Assembly: GCA_041665025.1 (NCBI GenBank)
Contig: JBAYJP010000006.1
Span: 5,440 to 69,439, forward strand
Source of the DNA: Candidatus Magasanikiibacteriota bacterium
GTDB taxonomy: Bacteria; Patescibacteriota; Patescibacteriia; Magasanikbacterales; UBA922
DNA: 64,000 bases
Direction: 5' to 3'
Made by a program: the position numbers and the translations under genes. Below are positions 50,301 through 56,787 of the stretch, in pieces. Position 1 is the stretch's first letter. Every line of letters begins with the position of its first letter. The notes under the pieces are model-generated. The model saw only the letters and a program-made list of their open reading frames with translations, did not search any database and was not told where the DNA came from.

Positions 50301-50599
50301 TGACCCTTCCCACCGGAGGCAACATACTTGGCAGAATCATAAGCCAACTTACGCATAAAATATGATGCGCCATTGACCAGAGCGCCGAGAGCTGCACCCA
50401 CAAGAGTATTTTGAACTTGTTCCCACGTCCATTTCCCGGAAAAAGCTGCAGTAATCGCGGCATCCATCTGCGCGTGTGCTCTTTGTGGCAACGCAAAAAA
50501 ACCGAGCAATTGCACTCCCAAAAATAATGATATAACAAAAGAGATAGACAATTTACGGGAACGATTGGAGGAAAACCACATACATCTTTTAAGTAACAA
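41378..50599 (-). CDS. Giant (3073 aa) secreted Cys-rich protein with a signal peptide and a galactose-binding/CBM-like domain among many Cys-rich modules
   Basis: Uninterrupted 9.2-kb ORF. The N-terminal hydrophobic segment FVISLFLGVQLLGFFALPQRAHA is signal-like. The CBM-like segment is (...WYELSFWARGQ...FIDNVRIV). Cysteines are frequent and patterned. Confidence 0.75.
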   Translation of the reverse strand: MLLKRCMWFSSNRSRKLSISFVISLFLGVQLLGFFALPQRAHAQMDAAITAAFSGKWTWEQVQNTLVGAALGALVNGASYFMRKLAYDSAKYVASGGKGQSALAFQDGFGSYLGNTALDSAAGAIQQFGEPLGLDLCKPPDLRVQVGLQVGLQRIYDSEYGNEGGPAPRCNWSEFTSNWEQVDDMYGSKDAISERFTASLSVSDSDFGAALGLMGKLDRVVTQSQIDATQARQEGNGFKPVADIISGKIRTPAQVIQEETKSVTAKNQGDMTAGQIAGIYGSGSLQILPMALSVFANTLVSSLLQNIMDGGLFPSGGDSESSGVTDFFASNISYNRQAAEKAFSYLIATVPQRSLDTYDLVTEFSACPQTPAPGLNNCVMDGKLVEAVNLAQTGDPLTIDEAMKSGQLHENWLLIPPGRDVDNTNLPYCYSQAYCYSNIQKLRKARILPLGFEIAALKSDPDNPVTLKKVVDGFTECDPSGRPSAAFPYCHLIDPNWIIKAPEARCEARVWGPQLQQEGTALRTQECVDFSTCLKEDDKGQCISYGYCTKEKNVWHMPGDSCPAYYNTCKTYVNSVSGSVSSYLSRTLDYGACSVESKGCRAYSSEQNEDGTWKNSGQVNIEDKLLGREQMLYFNDKLSSYASCPGNAEGCSVFKDALNGESIRLKKAPEYLGCYDKNIGTPAIDWPQTRADLVGFEDKPESCSNFAQVCVQDEVGCKGYTPAQGGIEIPGIATTENLCNEQCIGYDTFKQEESNFEQSQFPMYFIPTGPSGGQTCAAQYVGCDEFTNIDALTGGGESLEYYSNLKYCERPEGENAKVFYTWEGSASQGFILQKHTLAKIDAAQALYISGLGLASGAVAEFASNSPAYADDSKTSLENNYAICNAAQYNLHLQNPYASNTSPDCRAYYDASGGVYYRLKNDTVSVSLDCRPLRKSISNLYEDEYLSGSGSVGGVAKNTLCAQKGGTWDSVNSVCNRCYNGGTYQTDPSNPAQGACVYYSIKSEADSCPATANGCRSYIGNQGNNIEVHSMNFEPDGDDTDALTRAKEGWPGNTSIEAEATQVGLHSLRITGDASYTFNAERMQSGAWYELSFWARGQTQALDISFRQDGATKGTFTLDPLTNTSIQAPIGNDWQEYTLGPVQFTGMASGTASLFLDTNESASYFIDNVRIVRIGQENDDHLYLIKNSWKTREGYDVPLLCDSTPLDAFPGEALGCRAYTTRDNEPVALSGFDRLCRVEAVGCKAMVDTYNTVSGEDAMQMNAYNVLCKRGTTSPTYPGDASKCEAKIYSDATNFETYSCTIRKGETSCYIDTAVVVPSYSDDPGATEFHNKVYLPSGCIERTGMVGLCTGNTDDLYVVTSTIVVPADSNTIYLTHRSEFVCSDEHVGCEKVGLQQQTNPDAQSNTAYSFSDTMVLNNPDHYDQTLCSEDLVGCSEYRNGNNLTYFKDPAVIGAKSCTYRDNVEISGIQYSGWFMDNVGQCQTEAGGGTNTYCSSDNECTVSGETCKKGLTACYPNQLSGSGEYGLLSQGTPGYQGYVGMCETEYSGCTELIDPADTSGNMDGEPYYVINNDRLFERTGECDSKASQKEGCVLFNMTENPNKIYNSVLTYADSMSKKYALVPIATAGTRDTNVLLKVERDRECSEWLACRTSMTVYDENNVPQRICQDYGTCNKLNSNGACADDGWADISLNNTLLSEEEYVIRNVGWGSFEYSGYSLFNKYNIGNYKSVVLDNEVYLTYLMNDSFFMADKDGDGDADFPDVGCSEVDSDSKFKKEDGDACGFDDGGRCYKQRCTYPLGGMFPDEVNSVEEMTIYLETGICKAYPEQGSPFSTQMALTQQPEQRDKKTSGEDNQYYRWDYSTKKPIYSQANVCQRVVKEDGSIVEECSCEYRKIEYKDGTIDYWPVRDTPAHVSTGGVCVGDGAINGFPCMTNDECGSTGTCSMIKQQASYFGLKGLCLEYDLSRPLGPAGSMVRMDEQYACLTWFPIQSSASTVDNYNAYQDAGYFPTLDSESNGGEYYCSLSNNVGGAYSEVDFGGTYSFEPGGTGPADGNFTLKTNPDAPPAHQIVMNRDYTRFMDSENLPWGSAGLAENCPNVKTNAGGICPLNLDDGESCGHTGMYRYIMCWADDLNRDAWRGPYEENTPIALMNIWAWRKIGTNATVLRMDMNPRGGELYPYLAFNSVDYITSLESQVAKDDASLLVPEIFAPSIFEKNEGTYAELYDTVELGTFMHPPRLWDKAAEARDLPDTDAKNFFMSDLDGIENSDETSRDRTLIGMELEHGIDYKVETSFLTVDRVLGESMTLASMTKLAFSDSYPKIYRSTLEEKIREKDIKAIYFVPVAYPGKLEGGAPVPLLTDAFRIDFNGLRGIAGPGGREPDKIAFHERVPLTYHYIRGNSDGGYIDFFNDDGAADAGLYTYLLDKDNENGLVSFQGYDDSSPYEFSGKILEVYKRYPALQTLNEIEHRYMGVYHEYYPLTNTEKQTPEFLPNTDLVNGIAGQEVSLPSNADSDPLQAECKFNLHQDENDGKKEGSWIAIGLDFNKNGEFLGYVSRWCNGYENDDGEGHGIRFAVIVELNESCNEFVKVYDESGDIGDTTNKAWTDRIWEHGEYLASSGFFSQIFKTTQLQPYASLSLRGTSPLDPWLGIGNPYWLSYTFTNLVFDGFPYSCDETDSHRLGGVPTICEEIKTTGGSYATLKGINTHAVDRQEQEQDDNFSYQDANLYYLSLNDLFLKYFSIKSQNHLFGDDAVVDTLGDYVGGEYVGEDYSSNLGGQDFIGDTKPPQIFSINPSLCSRRDKDCIPGEADNITINMKNYTMKDYDDDGKDGDEDKSDFGRGTPDPFIQQGSVTVNARFFAFADDNRMPIRRVMVNWDDGTDVQNKDVKGMYRNHKPYCDDTDGNKTVGRCTGDERERNWAQGEPPITCKKDEECVQIFGDGYFCDDNIEDPIFGDAPRACQENYFEFEHTYYCNTTDIEVGDLRNDTIKRKYFGDNLSYADEAYARLMERSEITEETGICIFKPGVQVLDNWGWCNGVDGNGNPTAFFNDTTDHQCDDSTMHDYHFTKYKGAIIVIP

Positions 50600-50698
50600 A
50601 GTTATAATGTTATAAAGTTCCGAGTTATAAAGTTCCGAGTTATAAATATATAAATTTTTCTATAACTTTATAACATTATAACTTTCAACTTTACAACC

Positions 50699-51394
50699 CT
50701 ACATTTGTGGCGTACTTGAAGTCTGTCCATCTGTATTCGTCGGCATGGATTGTTTTTGCATAATGCTTTCAACCATAGACATAAGTTCTGCATCGCTTAT
50801 GCTATTTAATTTTTCTTGTGATATCTGCCCAGTTTGCAAAAGTAATTGTCGTACGTACTCTGGATTTGAAGTAAGCGCGGACATGTCTAGACTACCACCA
50901 GATACCGTAGATGACGTGGAACCCTGATTTAATTCTCCCATACTGCCCATAACCACATCAGCCACAGTCCCTACCCCGCTTACCAAAGGAGAAATCAGTG
51001 AGGCAGGAGTGCTACTCGGGCTCGTGTCGCTTGTCTGCGAACATATTTTTCCCTCTGCACATAGTGGATCCTTGCCCTGGTCTATTTCCACTTTGTCTTG
51101 CAATCCATCTGAGTCTGTGTCAGGAAGATAAGGACTTGTCTGATAAAAATTCAATTCTTCATAATCATTTATCCCATCGCGATCTGTGTCTATCTGTTGA
51201 AGCCTAATTTCTTCGTCAAATTGAAAGGAAAGGTCGACCTCTTTGGCTACACGGCGTGAAGCAAATGGTCCATAAATAGAATTGCGCATTTGAAGAAACC
51301 CCAGCGCAACGGTCGTAATAGCAAAAATGAGCAATAAAACAAAACCTGTCTTTTGCCCATTTGACAATTGTTTGTAGTAGCCTAATTTTGACAT
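50699..51394 (-). CDS. Membrane-anchored protein with two EF-hand/thrombospondin-type-3-like Asp loops (DTDRDGINDYEE, DTDSDGLQDKVE) and a Ser/Thr-rich tail; first gene of the giant-protein operon
   Basis: Single N-terminal TM helix plus the sequence motifs; 100 bp upstream of, and co-directional with, the 3073-aa gene. Confidence 0.55.
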   Translation of the reverse strand: MSKLGYYKQLSNGQKTGFVLLLIFAITTVALGFLQMRNSIYGPFASRRVAKEVDLSFQFDEEIRLQQIDTDRDGINDYEELNFYQTSPYLPDTDSDGLQDKVEIDQGKDPLCAEGKICSQTSDTSPSSTPASLISPLVSGVGTVADVVMGSMGELNQGSTSSTVSGGSLDMSALTSNPEYVRQLLLQTGQISQEKLNSISDAELMSMVESIMQKQSMPTNTDGQTSSTPQM

Positions 51395-51520
51395 CTTGCT
51401 AAGTTTTCTAAGTATCTAAGTTTTCTAAGTATCTAAGTTACAAGTCTATAGTAATAACTTAGTCAACTTAGCGAACTTAGTAAACTTAATTAACTTAGTC
51501 TAGTATACCAAAAAATAAGA
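51395..51520. promoter_or_regulatory. Symmetric heptamer array upstream of the giant-protein operon: CTAAGT x5, a central spacer, then ACTTAG x5
   Basis: Read directly from sequence. The same heptamer family occurs at 22965-23080 and 40165-40205. Confidence 0.5.
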
Positions 51521-51533
51521 AAACTCACAAAGA

Positions 51534-52388
51534 TTATGTGAGTTTTTTGGCCAAAGTTATCCACTGTTGCACATTGAGTTCCTGCGCCCGTGCTTTTTCA
51601 TTGTCTATTATCTCTTTTAAGAAGCTTTCCATTTGTAATTTATCTCTTTTCAACCCATCTGCTAAGTTTTTTGCCAACTGTTTTCGTTTGTTGGCAAATC
51701 CAATTCTTGCAATTTCAAAAAATCTCTGATTAAAATCTCTGTTCCCTGTTCCTTGTTCCCTAATCAATATATGTACCACAGCTGAATCAACCGCGGGCAT
51801 TGGCCAAAAATTACCTTTAGGAACTTTGCATACAATTTTTGGCTCACCATAGTATTGGACTGACAAGGACAACAAACTCATATCTCCTGGTTTGGCAACT
51901 ATTCTTTCAGCAACTTCTTTTTGAACCATGACCGTAATGCTTTCTGGTTTGTGTTCAAGCTCGAGCAAAACGCGCAGGATATGTGAGGTGATTTGATAAG
52001 GTAAATTAGCAATCACTTTATAATTTTTGATACGTGATACGTGATACGTGATGAGTGATAAAACATCTCCCCAAATAATTTCAATATCTCCTGTCTCATT
52101 GTCTAATCTTGTAATCTTAAAATCTTTTAATCTTTCGTCCCAATACTGTTCCAACCGTCGTTCAATCTCAAACGCTTTCACATGTGCACCTCTCTGTGCT
52201 AATTCAAACGTCAGCACGCCAAAACCTGGTCCTATTTCAATAACTGTGTCCCCTTTCCTGACATCCGCTGCTTCAATCATTTTGTGAATAGGCGCATCTG
52301 AAATCAAAAAATTCTGGCCATACTTTTTGGAAGGGATAAGACCACATTCTTTGCAGAGTTGTTTCAGTTTAGTTGGCGTGAGTTGCAT
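51534..52388 (-). CDS. rsmA: 16S rRNA (adenine1518/1519-N6) dimethyltransferase RsmA/KsgA
   Basis: YGQNFL...IEIGPGFG...NLPYQITS motifs. It contains an in-frame GTGATAC x3 tandem at 52028-52060. Confidence 0.9.
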   Translation of the reverse strand: MQLTPTKLKQLCKECGLIPSKKYGQNFLISDAPIHKMIEAADVRKGDTVIEIGPGFGVLTFELAQRGAHVKAFEIERRLEQYWDERLKDFKITRLDNETGDIEIIWGDVLSLITYHVSRIKNYKVIANLPYQITSHILRVLLELEHKPESITVMVQKEVAERIVAKPGDMSLLSLSVQYYGEPKIVCKVPKGNFWPMPAVDSAVVHILIREQGTGNRDFNQRFFEIARIGFANKRKQLAKNLADGLKRDKLQMESFLKEIIDNEKARAQELNVQQWITLAKKLT

Positions 52389-52486
52389 AAAAAAATAATT
52401 TCTAATTTTAAATTTTCAATTTAGAAACAATTTACAATTTTAGAATTTTTTAATTCGAAATTGTTTTAAAATTTGAAATTAAAAAT

Positions 52487-53659
52487 TTAAAATTCTAAAC
52501 CAGATTTTAGTCCATCAGACGTGTAACGATTAGCGGCATTCCACAACAACCACCCTGCATCAGTGTATTTCTCAATGGTATCAATCTGGGCACGAATTTT
52601 CTGTGCATCATATACCGCTCCGATATTAAATGCCTGTATCCATGGACGAAATTCTGCACGCTTGTCTATAAATGCATCAATCCCCTTTTTTGTGCTATAT
52701 GCTAAAACTTGAGATGGATATTGCGCTGGATTTTCATACCCCGCATAGCCATGTGCATAGTGCGACGGATACATCATCGGACAAATATAATCTACCTCAT
52801 CAACGCTATCTACAAGTCGCTGGCCAATATTCATATCACTTCCAGTCGGGACCGTATCCATAATCATGCCAAACAAATCAAGGGAAATAAGTGCTGGTCG
52901 GGGCGTAAGTTCAGTGTTCAAAAAATGATAAAATTCTTTCATGACCTCATGCTTGGCTTTTTCCGGAACGGTATAGACCACATCTGACATATTTCCATCA
53001 GAAGGAAAGCGGACATAATCAAAATTAATTTCATCAAACCCAAGACGTATTGCTTCTTTTGCAATAGCTACGTTATAACTCCATACCGATGTTTGCGTAG
53101 GGTCGACCCATGACAATCCATTTCGGTCACGCCATATTCCTCCTCGTTTACTTTTTACCGCCCACTCGGGCTTGGCACCTGCTAGCACAGGATCTTGAAA
53201 CACCGTCTGGCGCGCAATGACGTAAATAGTATGTTCGTGTAATTTTTTTATTAATGCTTTTGCATCGCCTATCCTGTTATCCTCTGCGCCGATATCCTGA
53301 ACCATAGCAAGATCACTATCATACAGCACACGTCCGCTGTAATCTTTTATATCAATAACAACTGCGTTCAATTCTGTCGTATCAATAAGTCTAATAATCT
53401 CATCAATTTTTTTCTCACTACCTGCTGAGTATGCCGTCACATACAACCCCTTTACGGTTTGGCGTGCGGGTTTTTCTCTCCTTTGTTTAGCAATAACTTC
53501 AGGGTCATTTTGTGCAGAAGATGAATTTGTCTCAGCCGCATATGCATACATGGTGTTTTGATATTCTGACGTTGACGACCCTGAGTACCAGACAAGCATA
53601 AAAATAATACAACCGAATGCTATACACAACGGGAGATAGAAGCGATGATGATTATTCAT
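52487..53659 (-). CDS. Putative glycoside hydrolase of the DUF4015/GHL TIM-barrel family, with an N-terminal TM anchor
   Basis: NAVVIDIKD...IYVIARQTVFQDP...WVDP...EINFDYVRFP pattern. Confidence 0.55.
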   Translation of the reverse strand: MNNHHRFYLPLCIAFGCIIFMLVWYSGSSTSEYQNTMYAYAAETNSSSAQNDPEVIAKQRREKPARQTVKGLYVTAYSAGSEKKIDEIIRLIDTTELNAVVIDIKDYSGRVLYDSDLAMVQDIGAEDNRIGDAKALIKKLHEHTIYVIARQTVFQDPVLAGAKPEWAVKSKRGGIWRDRNGLSWVDPTQTSVWSYNVAIAKEAIRLGFDEINFDYVRFPSDGNMSDVVYTVPEKAKHEVMKEFYHFLNTELTPRPALISLDLFGMIMDTVPTGSDMNIGQRLVDSVDEVDYICPMMYPSHYAHGYAGYENPAQYPSQVLAYSTKKGIDAFIDKRAEFRPWIQAFNIGAVYDAQKIRAQIDTIEKYTDAGWLLWNAANRYTSDGLKSGLEF

Positions 53660-53707
53660 ACAAATTATGAAAAAAAATGTCCGTTATTAACTTTATGACT
53701 GTCAACG

Positions 53708-54328
53708 TTACAGATGTTCAATTATCACGCTGCCTTGCCTCACTATTTCTATGTTTCCATTTTTTATTGCAATAATAGTGGATGGCTTTTGGACAGGCAG
53801 TTCCCCCGCGTCGATACATATGTCAGGCTGTACTAATTCGTGTTCAAATGTTTTTATAACATCAATAGGTGTATACGCATTATCTCCTCCACTGATATTT
53901 GCCGAGGTAGAAACAAGTGGTGCTCTTAGCTCACTGCAAATTTTTTGTGCAATTGGATGAGAGGTTATTCTAAATGCAACTGTTCCTTCACTACTTACAA
54001 TTCCTTTGGGTAAAATTACACCCTGTTTTATGGGCACGACAACTGTCAGAGGCCCTGGCCAATATTTTTTTGCGACCATATCGAGCGTTTGATTCCACTC
54101 GACATATCCCTTCATCATTTCAATATCTGAAGTAACAACAAGTAGAGATTTTGAGACTGGCCTTTGTTTTATGTTGTATATATGTTCAACGGCCGTTACA
54201 TGTGTTGCATCGCAACCCAATCCATAACAGGTTTCTGTGGGATAGATAATTGTCTTGCCATCATGCAAAGAGTCTACAATACTCTGAATGTTAAGTTGTG
54301 AAGATTTAATAATCTGCATATAGTTCAT
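53708..54328 (-). CDS. tsaC: L-threonylcarbamoyladenylate synthase (TsaC/YrdC/Sua5 family)
   Basis: IYPTETCYGLGCDA signature. The start is trimmed to the Met at 54328/54319, because the longer ORF to 54358 translates the family-E palindrome. Confidence 0.8.
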   Translation of the reverse strand: MNYMQIIKSSQLNIQSIVDSLHDGKTIIYPTETCYGLGCDATHVTAVEHIYNIKQRPVSKSLLVVTSDIEMMKGYVEWNQTLDMVAKKYWPGPLTVVVPIKQGVILPKGIVSSEGTVAFRITSHPIAQKICSELRAPLVSTSANISGGDNAYTPIDVIKTFEHELVQPDICIDAGELPVQKPSTIIAIKNGNIEIVRQGSVIIEHL

Positions 54329-54390
54329 AGCCAATAGTTCATAGCCAACAAACACCAAAACTATTGGCTAATGGCTGTTGGCTACGAACT
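54321..54390. repeat. Family E palindrome: TAGTTCATAGCCAATAGTTCATAGCCAAC ... CTATTGGCTAATGGCTGTTGGCTACGAACT
   Basis: Related to 10931-10994; it overlaps the apparent 5' end of tsaC. Confidence 0.55.
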
Positions 54391-54536
54391 AAAGATATTG
54401 TAGCTAAAATAAGCTAAATTTGCAATTATTCAACCTATTTTTCTGGGATACTTGATTTTTATCTAAATTTAGACTATAATATGTCCATTATTATTTATTC
54501 ACCATTCATAATTCAAAATTCATAATTCTACACTAT

Positions 54537-54755
54537 ATGGGACTCCCCGCAAAACGAAGAACATCACGATCACGCGACGACCGTCGTTCACATTTCGCAC
54601 TCAAAACTACTACTGTCACAAAATGCGTATCTTGTGGTGCGAATGTATTACCACACCGTGCATGCGCGGCATGTGGCACATACAAGGGCAAAAAAATAGT
54701 AGGAACTGAAAAACGAGCCACTCGTCTTGCACGCAGAACGAAAAAAATTAGCTAA
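54537..54755 (+). CDS. rpmF: 50S ribosomal protein L32
   Basis: MGLPAKRRTSRSRDDRRSHFAL..., with a Cys pair and a CAACG zinc-ribbon-like region. Confidence 0.8.
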   Translation: MGLPAKRRTSRSRDDRRSHFALKTTTVTKCVSCGANVLPHRACAACGTYKGKKIVGTEKRATRLARRTKKIS

Positions 54756-54830
54756 GATAAAAATGTACGAAATTCGAAAACTGCGAAATATCCGAAATTC
54801 GTTTTTTTCGTACCTTTCGTAGTTTTCGAA
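54755..54830 (+). repeat. Hairpin element F of about 75 nt: GTACGAAATTCGAAAACTGCGAAA ... TTTCGTAGTTTTCGAATTTCGTAC, a 24-bp stem with one G-U pair
   Basis: A near-identical copy lies at 56241-56312, so the pair flanks nusB and rnc. Confidence 0.65.
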
Positions 54831-54846
54831 TTTCGTACATAAAAAT

Positions 54847-55317
54847 ATGTCTAAACGCCATCTCGCCCGTTCTATTGTCATGCAATCATTGTATCAGTGG
54901 GATTTTCGCGGCAACCCAACAGCTGCTATTCCTGCTATTATTGATGAAATCATGGAAGAGTTTGGCGTAGGACTTGAAGATACAAAAGAATACGTAGAAA
55001 AAACAGTTAACGGTGTCATTGACCACAAAGACGAAATAGACAAACTCATGGCAGAGTATGCCCCCCATTGGCCGCTTGCACAGATGACGCTTATTGATCG
55101 AAATATTTTGCGCATTGGAATATATGAACTTTCATATAATACAGAAGAAATCCCTCCGCGTGTGGCTATCAATGAAGCAATCGAGCTTGCCAAAACATAT
55201 GGCGGTCCAAGCTCTGGAAAATTCGTAAACGGAATATTGGGAGCGATGTACAAAAAAATTGAAGGGAATATAAACAATAAAACAAAGTCCAGTCAATTAA
55301 ATAAAAAAACAGAATAA
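54847..55317 (+). CDS. nusB: Transcription antitermination factor NusB
   Basis: [18 protein letters not shown]-terminus and an all-helical NusB fold. Confidence 0.85.
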   Translation: MSKRHLARSIVMQSLYQWDFRGNPTAAIPAIIDEIMEEFGVGLEDTKEYVEKTVNGVIDHKDEIDKLMAEYAPHWPLAQMTLIDRNILRIGIYELSYNTEEIPPRVAINEAIELAKTYGGPSSGKFVNGILGAMYKKIEGNINNKTKSSQLNKKTE

Positions 55318-55323
55318 AATTAT

Positions 55324-55436
55324 AACTCAAAAATCAAATCTCAAAACTCAAATAAAAAACTTAAAACTAAAACCGCTCTGAATATTCATTTTTGAGTTTA
55401 GAGTTTATGTTTTGACTTTTGACCTTTGAGTTTTGA
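55324..55436. repeat. Long AT-rich hairpin built from CAAAACT/AGTTTTG-type repeats (family G)
   Basis: AACTCAAAAATCAAATCTCAAAACTCAAA ... TTTGAGTTTAGAGTTTATGTTTTGACTTTTGACCTTTGAGTTTTG. A second copy of the family lies at 56399-56490. Confidence 0.5.
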
Positions 55437-55475
55437 AATTCTGCATCCCATTTTGGATTTCGAAATTCAATATAT

Positions 55476-56237
55476 ATGTCTATACCATTCTACGAAGAAA
55501 AAAACTTCACAAAAATAGAGGAAAAAATTGGTGTATCATTCAACAACAAAGATATTTTGGTCCAAGCCCTTGTTCACCGATCATACCTCAACGAACACCG
55601 AGACTTTCCTTTGGCTCATAACGAACGTCTGGAATTCTTGGGAGATGCGGTGCTTGAACTGATCGTAACAGAATTCCTCTTTGAAAATTACTTAAATCCC
55701 GAAGGAGAACTTACCAATTGGCGTGCGGCTTTGGTAAATGGCACCAACTGCGCATTAGTATCGCATGAAATAGGACTTGATGAATTTTTGTTCTTGAGTC
55801 ATGGGGAATCAAAAGATGCAAATACCAAGGCGCGGGACTATATACTTGCCAATGCGCTTGAAGCACTTATTGGCGCGATTTATATAGATCAAGGCTGGGA
55901 CATTACGGAGCAATTTGTTATACGCTGGGTAGTAACCAAACTTCCCGAGGTACTCGAACAAGGACTCTGGATGGATCCAAAATCTCGGTTCCAGGAAGCG
56001 GCCCAAGAGATTGTCGGCGTCACACCGACATACAAAGTAGTAAAAGAAGAAGGGCCTGATCATGCAAAACAATTTGTCATTGCGGTATATCTCGATAAAG
56101 AACAAATAGCAACCGGTGAAGGGACAAGTAAGCAAGAAGCACAGACTTCCGCTGCAGAAGCAGGGCTCAAGGCGAAGGGATGGAAAGGACCAAAAATACA
56201 GATACTTACACGAAAACCAGAAGATCCAATTGGATAA
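55476..56237 (+). CDS. rnc: Ribonuclease III
   Basis: RNase III signature ERLEFLGDAVLEL plus a C-terminal dsRBD. Confidence 0.9.
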   Translation: MSIPFYEEKNFTKIEEKIGVSFNNKDILVQALVHRSYLNEHRDFPLAHNERLEFLGDAVLELIVTEFLFENYLNPEGELTNWRAALVNGTNCALVSHEIGLDEFLFLSHGESKDANTKARDYILANALEALIGAIYIDQGWDITEQFVIRWVVTKLPEVLEQGLWMDPKSRFQEAAQEIVGVTPTYKVVKEEGPDHAKQFVIAVYLDKEQIATGEGTSKQEAQTSAAEAGLKAKGWKGPKIQILTRKPEDPIG

Positions 56238-56240
56238 CGT

Positions 56241-56312
56241 GTACGAAATACGAAAACTGCGAAATATTCGAAATTCGTTTTTCGTACCTTTCGTAGTTTT
56301 CGTATTTCGTAT
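56241..56312 (+). repeat. Second copy of hairpin element F, between rnc and tRNA-Lys
   Basis: GTACGAAATACGAAAACTGCGAAATATTCGAAATTCGTTTTTCGTACCTTTCGTAGTTTTCGTATTTCGTATAT. Confidence 0.65.
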
Positions 56313-56318
56313 ATAGAT

Positions 56319-56394
56319 GGGTCGCTAGCTCAGTTGGTAGAGCAGTTGCCTCTTAAGCAAACGGTCCAGGGTTCGATCCCCTGGCGACCCACCA
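56319..56394 (+). tRNA. tRNA-Lys (anticodon CTT) with an encoded CCA
   Basis: GGGTCGC acceptor, GCTCAGTTGGTAGAGC D-arm, anticodon loop CTCTTAA, T-arm CAGGG TTCGATC CCCTG, then ACCA. Confidence 0.85.
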
Positions 56395-56495
56395 ATATAA
56401 AACTCAAAACACAAAATTCAAAATGCAAAACTGAGATAATGCATACATAAAAATAAGTTTTGAATTTTGAGCTTTGACTTTTGAGTTTTTTTATT

Positions 56496-56567
56496 GCCTC
56501 TGTCGTTCAACGGATAGGACAACAGCCTTCGAAGCTGTATATGCGGGTTCGATTCCTGCCGGGGGCA
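56496..56567 (+). tRNA. tRNA-Arg (anticodon TCG)
   Basis: Acceptor GCCTCTG/CGGGGGC with two G-U pairs; D-arm identical to the other Arg tRNA; anticodon stem ACAGC/GCTGT with loop CTTCGAA; T-arm GCGGG TTCGATT CCTGC. Confidence 0.7.
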
Positions 56568-56630
56568 CGCGTAAAAAATTTCGAATTTTAAATTTCGAAT
56601 TTCGAAACAATCAATTTAGAATTCAATCCT

Positions 56631-56701
56631 GGGCTTATAGTACAGCGGTAGTACGGGGCATTCGCATTGCTCAGACCCGGGTTCGATTCCCGGTAAGTCC
56701 A
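56631..56701 (+). tRNA. tRNA-Ala (anticodon CGC)
   Basis: A G3-U70 pair in the acceptor stem (GGGCTTA/TAAGTCC); anticodon loop TTCGCAT; T-arm CCGGG TTCGATT CCCGG. Confidence 0.8.
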
Positions 56702-56787
56702 CTGTATTCGCACTTGCCCGCAGTAGCTTTCTTGACCGCCATAGCTTTAGCGAAGGCGGTAGTGAAGGTGGGTTAATAATAACGCCT

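Noticed and set aside
41602-50538. Dozens of short ORFs on both strands inside the 3073-aa gene
   Set aside because: All are shorter than 180 aa, overlap the uninterrupted 9.2-kb frame and look like low-complexity translations.
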